NCBI GenBank assembly: GCA_035550555.1
Contig: DASZPA010000135.1
Coordinates: 1,621-65,620, forward strand
Source of the DNA: Fimbriimonas sp.
GTDB taxonomy: Bacteria > Armatimonadota > Fimbriimonadia > Fimbriimonadales > Fimbriimonadaceae
Direction: 5' to 3'
DNA length: 64,000 nt
Notes under the pieces: generated by a model
Seen by the model: the letters and a program-made list of their open reading frames with translations, nothing else
Told to the model about the DNA's origin: nothing
The model's database searches: none
In this document: positions 38,076 through 44,993 of the stretch, piece after piece
Layout of the letters: each line of letters starts with the position of its first letter
How positions within the stretch are numbered: position 1 is the first letter of the stretch
Program-made: the position numbers and the translations under genes

Positions 38076-39199
38076 CGGAGAGCCTCCGCGACTTGAGAAA
38101 GCTTCGATAGACCGGGCATTCCCACCGGTAACGGCGTTTGAGAGGGCCATGCGCCCTCTTCATAGAAATCGCGCACCTGATCGAGCAGCCCTTCTCCTCT
38201 AATATCGTGGATAGCTCCAGACGAGACGAGAGCCAGATCGCAGAGAGCGACGAATGGCTTGCTGTCGTTTAGGCTTGTGGTCGGGTGGTCAGTTTCACCC
38301 TTCAGGTATCCCAAGTAGTGAGATAGGTTGTGCCGCAGCATGGCAGCGTTGTCGGGAACGTCTGACCTGAAGCCCACTCCGTCGATCACGGCTTCGTTCC
38401 ATCTCTTGAACACGATGCGAGTTCGGTCGAAGACCAGCACCTCCTCGTCGACGTAAGCCGCGCTTTGAAGATGGGTCGCCGAAATCCGAAGCTTCACGCC
38501 CCCCTCCATAGCAGCTTCCACAAAAGCCGTGTCGAAGCTTTCGATCGGCCTCGTCCGACCGAGCCATGCCGAAACCTGCCCCATCGACCCAACCGAATCA
38601 AGATCTCTCCCGCACCAGAACAGAAGGTTCTGAACGTAGTGGGCCATGGCGTTGCCGATGCAAGAGTCGACGACCCATTGATCTCCAACGCGCAACTTGC
38701 CCGCCCAGTTGTTGCGTGTGTAGTAGGCCTCGTCCCGGGGCCAGATCCCACAAAAACGAACCTCCCGCAAAGCTCCAAATTCGCCATTCAAGATCCGCTG
38801 TTTCAAGCCTCGGCGAAAAGGATCGCCAACGAAGTTGAATCCGACCTGGGTCTGCTTGCCTGCCTGCGAGTCGACCTCGATCATCGACTGAAGCTCCGGC
38901 CACCAAAGGGTGGGCGGCTTCTCTAAGTAGCAAGCCACGCCGGCTTGCACCGCTATGCGATGAAAGGAAGCGTGGAGCGGAACGGGAATCGGGAGTGTCA
39001 GCAGATCGAGTTGGCCAACATGAGCATCCAAAAGGCTATTTAGATCGAAAAACCTTTCGACGCCAGATCTTGTAGTCAGCGATGGGTTCGGGTCGCAGGT
39101 CGCCACGACTTGGCAGAGACCCTCCTCTTCCAGGCGTGCCAACGCCGCATGATGGTCGGCCGCGAATCCTCCCAATCCAGCTACGGCAACACGCAGCAT
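38072..39199 (-). CDS. Gfo/Idh/MocA family oxidoreductase
   Basis: 'MLRVAVAGLGGFAADHH', 'CYLEKPP'. ATG 39199 directly abuts the TAG of the DUF4132 gene. Confidence 0.85.
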   Translation of the reverse strand: MLRVAVAGLGGFAADHHAALARLEEEGLCQVVATCDPNPSLTTRSGVERFFDLNSLLDAHVGQLDLLTLPIPVPLHASFHRIAVQAGVACYLEKPPTLWWPELQSMIEVDSQAGKQTQVGFNFVGDPFRRGLKQRILNGEFGALREVRFCGIWPRDEAYYTRNNWAGKLRVGDQWVVDSCIGNAMAHYVQNLLFWCGRDLDSVGSMGQVSAWLGRTRPIESFDTAFVEAAMEGGVKLRISATHLQSAAYVDEEVLVFDRTRIVFKRWNEAVIDGVGFRSDVPDNAAMLRHNLSHYLGYLKGETDHPTTSLNDSKPFVALCDLALVSSGAIHDIRGEGLLDQVRDFYEEGAWPSQTPLPVGMPGLSKLSQVAEALR

Positions 39200-41647
39200 C
39201 TACAGTTGCCTCAGGATCACCCGGTCGGTGATCTTGTCGTCGTTTGCCAACATCAAAGCTTTGCTAAGGATGATCGCAAGGACCCCATCGCCTTCGAACG
39301 GCAGGTACACGCGGTTGTTGGACCGGTCCTTGTTGCCGCCGGGCACGATGCAGAGGTACTGGTCGTTCGGCTCCATCAGAATGTTTCCGCTTCCTAAATG
39401 GATCTTGTAGGTGCGCCGATGGCCCTTTACGATGAGGAACTTGCCTTCGATCCGAGAAACGCTTCCAAACGCCAGACGGGGAAGCAGACGCTCCAGAACC
39501 GCTTTGCGCGTCTCGGCCGTCGCCGACAGGTCCCCAAAGGACGCTTTCCCCCAGTAGCCGCCCCATCGATCCCGGTTTCCGTGGTCTCCCCATGCAGGAT
39601 CGTTACCCACGCTTGAGACTCCAACGAACAGGTCGACGTCGCGAAGGACCTCCGAGAACAAGATCGCGGGCAGGGATTCCAACTCGACCGGGTGACCTGT
39701 CATGCGATCGTTAAAACGAACCTGATCGGTCGCCACGTAAATGGCGATACCCGCATCAGAGGTTCCCTCGTCGGTTGCCGACGCCACATCGGCAACTTCG
39801 ACGAAATACTCTGCTTCCAGACCCCAACTCGGGAGGTCGAGAGTTGGGTGGTTCGTATTGTCAAAGGAGGGCCCTTGCAGCGCATAACGCCAGCCGCGAG
39901 CCCTGGCCAGCGCCGCGAACTGATGCTGCTTGAGGATGTGCGCTGCAAAACGGTTGGTATAGGTGTTGGTGCGCAGCTCTGCATCGGTCAGGATGTAGAT
40001 CTCTCGGTAAGCCTGCTTGAAAGGTTGGCGTATCTCACGGGCGACCAGGAAATCGCGCCAAGCTTCGATCACGGAGACGACTGCACGGATGGGATGCCAC
40101 AACTGAACGTTCGTCTCGTCTGCCAACCCTGGCACTGGTTCGCCTCGAAAGTCGATCGGCTCACCATCCGGCGCGATGCCGAGGTGCTCACCGCCCGGAC
40201 TCGAAAACTCCCAGATGAGCCGGCGCGACATGTCGGCTAACAGCGGATGGTCCAGATACCGCTCACGCCAGGCAGAGTACGGAAGACGACGAGCCGAGAG
40301 CATCAGGCCTTCGATCCGGGCACGCTGGGCAGCCAGCATGGTCTCCATCTCTTTGGCCGTTGCCTTGAGCTGCTTTAACTCAGCGGCATGCTCCTGCTTC
40401 ACTTCGGCAGGTGGCGCTTTGAGCTCCTTGCCTTCCCGAAACCACCGCAACTCTGCGTCCGTCGTATTGGAGATTTCAATACGAACATCGACGGACCCAA
40501 GGGTCTCGGTAAGGACACCCGGAAGCTCGAGGCCGAAGGTCGGCACGACCAGTTCCTCCAGGTCCTCTATAGGCAAAGACATTTTCTCGGCCGCACGAGT
40601 CAGCGACGCCGTGACCAGTGCTGATAGGCTTGGACTCTTGACACGGTTTCGGGTAGCGGATATCTGCGCGACGGCATCGAAAGTTCGCATCGCTTCGAGT
40701 GCCCCTATGGCTCCGCCGAACCCCTTTTGCGATCTTGCCCCGAAGCCGGAGATCTTATGACCACTGGCAATCGCCAGCCTTCCCAACAGGGCTGCGGCTC
40801 TGGACGTTCCTATCGTCCCGGCAAACCAGGCGAAGCCACGAAGCATATCGGCGTGGAGGGCATCGACCGTTACTGCCATTTGGGAGACCTTCGCGACAGA
40901 CTCTTCGAAGGTATCCAGATACTTCTCCGTTCCAAACTCAGCCAAGAGCGCCTTAGCGGTCTTCGCCCATCTGTCCGACATTTGGTTGGAGGTCGCCGTA
41001 ACCGCATGCTTCACCAACGGCAGATACACATCTCCGCGGAACGGCTCCTGCCATGGCTCCGGCATCTCGATCTTGGAGGCGTTTGCTGGGTCGAGCAGCG
41101 CCTTAAAACGCATGATCACCTTTCGGTCTGCCGCGCTGAGTCCCCACGGGTTTCTATTCTCGATATCCTTGATGAGCCCACGGAGAATCTGCTCCGTGTC
41201 GGCAGTCATCCCCTGGTCGAGTGCCAGACTTTCGGCCATTCCGGCAAAGCGGCCGAAGTCTGTTCCGAAGTGCTTCCACGCCTCAATGACGATTGGGAGC
41301 TGCTCATGCGAGAGCGCTCCCTGCGTGGTGAGCAGCCGGCCCGCCACTCTTTTGAGCTCGTCGATCGCCATGTAGCCTTCGCCAAAGAGCATGCTGCCGG
41401 TCTTCCCGCGCGCGCGCCTCAAAAGAGCCAAGCCCATGAGACCGCGGTCACGCCCAGTGAAATCGGTGACCGCCTTGCAGAGAGCCGGATTGAGGCGTTC
41501 GGTCTCCTTTGAGACGGAACTTCGGCGCCAAGCGTCCCCCTTCAGAACTTCCAAGACCGCGTTGGCAAACTCATCCGCCACTCTGTCGAATTCGCTGGTA
41601 GAAGCCTCCTGGGCGTCCTGCTTCCTCTTGAAAAACGGCAGCTTCAC
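39200..41647 (-). CDS. DUF4132 domain-containing protein (MolR/YehI-like), helical N-terminal half
   Basis: 815 aa with a GTG start. The C-terminal half ('LWHPIR...FKQAYREIYILTDAE...NRFAAHILKQHQFAALARARGWRY...KIHLGSGNILMEPNDQYLCIVP') matches my recollection of the DUF4132 core. Only 2 Cys in the whole protein. Confidence 0.75.
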   Translation of the reverse strand: MKLPFFKRKQDAQEASTSEFDRVADEFANAVLEVLKGDAWRRSSVSKETERLNPALCKAVTDFTGRDRGLMGLALLRRARGKTGSMLFGEGYMAIDELKRVAGRLLTTQGALSHEQLPIVIEAWKHFGTDFGRFAGMAESLALDQGMTADTEQILRGLIKDIENRNPWGLSAADRKVIMRFKALLDPANASKIEMPEPWQEPFRGDVYLPLVKHAVTATSNQMSDRWAKTAKALLAEFGTEKYLDTFEESVAKVSQMAVTVDALHADMLRGFAWFAGTIGTSRAAALLGRLAIASGHKISGFGARSQKGFGGAIGALEAMRTFDAVAQISATRNRVKSPSLSALVTASLTRAAEKMSLPIEDLEELVVPTFGLELPGVLTETLGSVDVRIEISNTTDAELRWFREGKELKAPPAEVKQEHAAELKQLKATAKEMETMLAAQRARIEGLMLSARRLPYSAWRERYLDHPLLADMSRRLIWEFSSPGGEHLGIAPDGEPIDFRGEPVPGLADETNVQLWHPIRAVVSVIEAWRDFLVAREIRQPFKQAYREIYILTDAELRTNTYTNRFAAHILKQHQFAALARARGWRYALQGPSFDNTNHPTLDLPSWGLEAEYFVEVADVASATDEGTSDAGIAIYVATDQVRFNDRMTGHPVELESLPAILFSEVLRDVDLFVGVSSVGNDPAWGDHGNRDRWGGYWGKASFGDLSATAETRKAVLERLLPRLAFGSVSRIEGKFLIVKGHRRTYKIHLGSGNILMEPNDQYLCIVPGGNKDRSNNRVYLPFEGDGVLAIILSKALMLANDDKITDRVILRQL

Positions 41648-41650
41648 GAC

Positions 41651-42043
41651 CTATCCACCGACGAGCGGCACCAGCCTTAAGAAGCTAACCTCGTCGCCAT
41701 CGTTGAGTTGGATCCTTTCCTCCAACTCCATGGCCTGCCTGTCTGGAAGCAATACGACGAACCGCTGCTTCTTGAACGCTTCGAGAGCTACTTCCACTTG
41801 ACGGTCGGCATCGATCGGACGGAACCGCCTGACGGCAGGGCCATTGATCAAGCTCTCCATATCGGAAGGTTGAACAAGTCCATAGAATCTCGGCTGTCGT
41901 TCGTTGTTGTAGCGCCGAACCTCGGCGCGTACTCGCAACGAGATCAAATCGCGCAACGTGAGGCTTTCCGACTCGAGATCGAGAGGAGGAGCTTCGAACT
42001 TGCTTCCGCCGGTAGTTTCATCGATCAGTCGGATAGTGGTCAT
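41651..42043 (-). CDS. beta-grasp ubiquitin-like (ThiS/MoaD-like) protein ending in Gly-Gly
   Basis: 130 aa. The C-terminus 'RFVVLLPDRQAMELEERIQLNDGDEVSFLRLVPLVGG' is followed directly by TAG. The downstream GTG is 3 nt away. Confidence 0.6.
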   Translation of the reverse strand: MTTIRLIDETTGGSKFEAPPLDLESESLTLRDLISLRVRAEVRRYNNERQPRFYGLVQPSDMESLINGPAVRRFRPIDADRQVEVALEAFKKQRFVVLLPDRQAMELEERIQLNDGDEVSFLRLVPLVGG

Positions 42044-42124
42044 GCGGCCTCAAGGAAGTTTACAGTCGGTTTCTAGTTCAATGGATAGTCTTTTGGGCAT
42101 GTGAGTCTTTCAAAAGACGCGTTC

Positions 42125-42168
42125 ATGGATGACAATAAGTTCGTGATCTTGCCGCTCATCCTATTTTG
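42125..42168 (+). pseudogene. 5' fragment of a small membrane-protein gene split by the IS insertion
   Basis: ATG 42125 encodes MDDNKFVILPLILF... up to the target-site duplication. It continues in frame at 44720. Confidence 0.6.
42161..42168. repeat. target-site duplication CTATTTTG (left copy)
   Basis: Identical to 44720-44727. It directly abuts the left inverted repeat. Confidence 0.8.
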
Positions 42169-42190
42169 GGCAATAACATACTTCGTGCAC
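42169..42190. repeat. left terminal inverted repeat GGCAATAACATACTTCGTGCAC
   Basis: The reverse complement of 44698-44719 is GGCAATAATATACTTCGTGCAC, identical at 21 of 22 positions. Confidence 0.85.
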
Positions 42191-42200
42191 ACTCCCGAAT

Positions 42201-42716
42201 TCAGATTGGGAGAGGTTGCTGTGCTATGACCTGCATCGGCGTGACGATTTCAACACCGAATTCTCGCAGGATTACAGACGAAAGACCGATCATGCTGAAC
42301 TCAGCCCCAGATATTCCATCGGTCGTTACAAGGCAGTCGCATTTATAGATGCTTGCCGTGGCTATATGGATGCAATCCGGCAGGTCCAAGAATTGGAATA
42401 CGTTCGGCTTGTCTGGATGCCTACGTCGTGTTTTCTTGCGAATCGTTCGTGCGAGGCTCATTATCGGCCCCGATCCGTCTATTAGTTCTCCCTTGATGCC
42501 ATCCAGAACCTTGTCGATCAGATCGAAAGAATTATCTAACAATTCGGCCATCAAAACGGTGCCACTAACAGCGTACATGCGCTCGGCCTCGATTTCCGAG
42601 AACAGATTGTCTATGCTTTCCAGAACGGTATCTGAGACATCACGTTTTTGGCGTGCTATGAACAAGCACGCATCAAGATAAACCTTTTTCTGTGTTGGAG
42701 CCTTTTTGCGGCTCAA
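42201..42716 (-). CDS. PIN-domain nuclease (IS passenger)
   Basis: 171 aa. Acidic PIN residues lie in 'VYLDACLFI', 'LMAELLD' and 'CDCLVTTD'. TTG 42716 is preceded by GAGG (7-nt spacer) and overlaps the upstream TGA (TTGA). Confidence 0.78.
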   Translation of the reverse strand: MSRKKAPTQKKVYLDACLFIARQKRDVSDTVLESIDNLFSEIEAERMYAVSGTVLMAELLDNSFDLIDKVLDGIKGELIDGSGPIMSLARTIRKKTRRRHPDKPNVFQFLDLPDCIHIATASIYKCDCLVTTDGISGAEFSMIGLSSVILREFGVEIVTPMQVIAQQPLPI

Positions 42717-43585
42717 CCGACCGCCTCACTTATCAGGAGTCGTTCGTCCTCTTCTGATGAATCCCAAAGCTGAGATAGGTTATCGACTAGTTTTAGCCAC
42801 GCGCCTTCAGGTGCTGCCTCGCGTATCTCCACCGATTCTGCGTTCATACGAATCGGCCAAGGAGCATCGCCCACGAACTCCTTTAGACCTGTAACGGTCA
42901 CGACATGCCGTATACCCTTCTGGACACTCGGAAAGACTGACTCATCAAATAGGCAACGAACCTTAACTGGCCCTATCTTTGGATAGACCGTAAAGTTCCA
43001 CGGCTTCGAATGAACGTTGATTCCTTCAAGAATCCCTGTTATGGAACCTCTTGATCGATGTACGGGGCCAAGTTTCTTGTTGATTTCGTCGGCTATGCGA
43101 GAATCAATCACCATCTCAGCCTTGGAGGTTGTAATGTGAGCAACATCGTTTTTGAGTTGCTTTGCAAAGTCTCCAAGTGACAGCCATGTATTCGGGTCGA
43201 AGGATTTAGGAGTTTTTGGCTGGCTAACCGCACTAAACACCTTTTCGAGGTTTCGTATTGGCTGAGAAGAACCGCGAATAATGGCCTTTCGAGGTTTTAC
43301 ACCAGGAATCTTTACAGGGGCCTCGTTGACGCTTACAACGCGTAAAACGGCCTCAAGGGGGCTGTTCTTCTCAAGCGATAAGACCTGTACCCTTGCAATT
43401 CTCGGATCAGCCGAAAACTCGACTAGGAGCCGCATCATAGCGTTCAGTTGTCGCAACACATCGGGAGCCAGGTCAATGCCTAGAGTCGAACCCGATTCAA
43501 TTCGAATGCTAACTTCTTCCGTGTGTGGCACTTCGGATAGTCCTAATGGCGCTGGCGTTTCTGATCGGCCTGAGACTCTTTCCAA
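42713..43585 (-). CDS. hypothetical protein, IS passenger (no recognisable domain)
   Basis: 290-aa ORF. An alternative GTG at 43531, preceded by AGGA (9-nt spacer), gives 272 aa. It is co-oriented and coupled with the PIN gene. Confidence 0.6.
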   Translation of the reverse strand: MERVSGRSETPAPLGLSEVPHTEEVSIRIESGSTLGIDLAPDVLRQLNAMMRLLVEFSADPRIARVQVLSLEKNSPLEAVLRVVSVNEAPVKIPGVKPRKAIIRGSSQPIRNLEKVFSAVSQPKTPKSFDPNTWLSLGDFAKQLKNDVAHITTSKAEMVIDSRIADEINKKLGPVHRSRGSITGILEGINVHSKPWNFTVYPKIGPVKVRCLFDESVFPSVQKGIRHVVTVTGLKEFVGDAPWPIRMNAESVEIREAAPEGAWLKLVDNLSQLWDSSEEDERLLISEAVG

Positions 43586-43728
43586 ACGCTTTCGCGCCTG
43601 TCGAGTTCCGACTTCGGAACCCCTAGAGCTTTCCTCAATCCAGCATCCAGATTCACCATGTCGGGGCGCGCCTCGAATGCCGCGTCTCTGGCGCTTGATC
43701 CAGGATCGCTCTTCTTTCGTTTCCTCAT
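43543..43728 (-). CDS. small basic ORF, possibly DNA-binding (ribbon-helix-helix-like start 'MVNLDAGLRKALG'), IS passenger
   Basis: 61 aa. ATG 43728 overlaps the transposase TGA (ATGA). It overlaps the long form of the next ORF by 43 nt. Coding status uncertain. Confidence 0.35.
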   Translation of the reverse strand: MRKRKKSDPGSSARDAAFEARPDMVNLDAGLRKALGVPKSELDRRESVWKESQADQKRQRH

Positions 43729-44675
43729 GCTGGCTGTTGTTGAGAGACGTTGCCAGTGAGCGCCGCGTAGGTCACTCGCTTACCCTTCGCACCCGCTACC
43801 GCGAGTTCAAAACGGTCGGCATCGGTCCCCTTGCGCTCATTGTAACGGAAAGCCTGTTCGTCCAGGTAGCGGAACAGGTGAAACGGTTCAATAGAAACAT
43901 AGGTTCCGTTGATCGTCCTCTTTAGGAGACTCCAGAAGTTCTCCAATCCGTTCGTGTGAATCTGTCCTTCCACGTAACTCGTGGCGTGGTCGATGACTCC
44001 GTGCTGGAATGTCTGATCCAGCCCATCGTAGGATCGAAGCGCATCGGAGTAAAGATTGCACCCGTGAAGAACGTTTTCCTTGATGATCTTGTGAAGCTGC
44101 TTTTTGGTCGGTCGCTCAATGTGCTGTAGCTTGACGTTGCCGCCACGCTCTAGCATTCCGAACACGACCGCCTTGTCCTTTCCGCCCGTGCCCGTGATCT
44201 TTCGCTCCTTGACCTCTTTGTGCATGTTGCGGGCTTTGCCGCCGATGTACGTCTCATCGACTTCGACAGCATCAGCCAGCTTCTCAAACGATCCGTTCTG
44301 AAGGGCTAGCCGAATTCGGTGGAGCATGAACCACGCGGTTTTCTGTGTGACGCCTAGACCGCGATGTAATTCATAGCTGCTGATCCCGTTTTTGGCGTTG
44401 GTAATCAGCCACATGGCCGGGAGCCACTTACTGAACGGGATATGGGAAGCCTCGAAAACGGTCCCGGTCTTGGCACTGAACTGCTCACCGCAGTCGTTGC
44501 AACGGAACCGCAAGCGGCTCTCGATTAGATGAATCTTGCCCGACTCGCTGCAGTGCGGGCAAACAACGCCTTTGGGCCATCGTCGGCTGACGAAGTAGCT
44601 CCAAGCTACGCGCTCATCTTCGAAGTAGCGAATGACTTCGAGAAGCGTTTCCGGTGTTGGCAGTGCGGCGTTCAC
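43725..44675 (-). CDS. IS1595 family (ISXO2-like) transposase
   Basis: 316 aa. N-terminal zinc ribbon 'CPHCSESGKIHLIESRLRFRCNDCGEQF', HTH 'ISSYELHRGLGVTQKTAWFMLHRIR', and DDE region 'VEVDETYIGG...LYSDALRSY...HTNGLENFWSLLKR'. GTG start. Confidence 0.92.
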   Translation of the reverse strand: MNAALPTPETLLEVIRYFEDERVAWSYFVSRRWPKGVVCPHCSESGKIHLIESRLRFRCNDCGEQFSAKTGTVFEASHIPFSKWLPAMWLITNAKNGISSYELHRGLGVTQKTAWFMLHRIRLALQNGSFEKLADAVEVDETYIGGKARNMHKEVKERKITGTGGKDKAVVFGMLERGGNVKLQHIERPTKKQLHKIIKENVLHGCNLYSDALRSYDGLDQTFQHGVIDHATSYVEGQIHTNGLENFWSLLKRTINGTYVSIEPFHLFRYLDEQAFRYNERKGTDADRFELAVAGAKGKRVTYAALTGNVSQQQPA

Positions 44676-44681
44676 ATATCT

Positions 44682-44690
44682 ATTATAGCA
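44682..44690 (-). promoter_or_regulatory. extended -10 box TGCTATAAT for the transposase, just inside the right IR
   Basis: On the minus strand, TGCTATAAT ends 6 nt before GTG 44675, which implies a leaderless or near-leaderless transcript. No good -35 seen. Confidence 0.35.
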
Positions 44691-44697
44691 TAGAATT

Positions 44698-44719
44698 GTG
44701 CACGAAGTATATTATTGCC
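44698..44719. repeat. right terminal inverted repeat GTGCACGAAGTATATTATTGCC
   Basis: See the left IR. Confidence 0.85.
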
Positions 44720-44727
44720 CTATTTTG
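44720..44727. repeat. target-site duplication CTATTTTG (right copy)
   Basis: Identical to 42161-42168. Confidence 0.8.
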
Positions 44728-44950
44728 GGTGCTGCTGATCGTGGGTTACACCGAAGTTGCGATCCAGAACGACACGATCGCCTACCTGGCGATCGGCTGG
44801 CTATTGGTCGCTTTTGCAGTCTGGTACTTAGAAGACAGTTCTCTCTACTTGGTTGTCCCCACCGCCTTCGTCGATGCTTTCTTGATCTTGAAGATCTTTG
44901 GCCGAGATATCGAGGTTCCAAGGAGGGCCGGCGGATTCCGATGGTTCTAG
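44720..44950 (+). pseudogene. 3' fragment of the IS-split small membrane-protein gene
   Basis: It continues the 42125 frame: ...LFWVLLIVGYTEVAIQNDTIAYLAIGWLLVAFAVWYLE... The track ORF 44654..44950 is a chimera that starts inside the IS. Confidence 0.6.
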
Positions 44951-44993
44951 GGCCGCGCTAATCGCCATCTTTTGGACAAACTAGCGCTCGGAG

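Larger units (their letters stand above)
42169..44719 (-). mobile_element. IS1595-family insertion sequence carrying passenger genes (2551 bp)
   Basis: 22-bp terminal inverted repeats (1 mismatch), 8-bp direct repeats, an IS1595-type transposase, and visibly lower GC than the flanks. Confidence 0.85.

Noticed and set aside
39200-41647. DUF4132 protein as an E1/E2-like enzyme for the adjacent Ubl
   Set aside because: The protein has only two cysteines, no Rossmann/ThiF-type glycine motif and no UBC-like HPN motif that I can see. Any enzymatic relation to the Ubl is therefore left as an open hypothesis rather than a claim.
44654-44950. 98-aa ORF that looks like an intact small membrane protein
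   Set aside because: Its first 22 codons lie inside the IS, antisense to the transposase start and right IR. The real gene is split by the IS, with its native N-terminus at 42125-42168.
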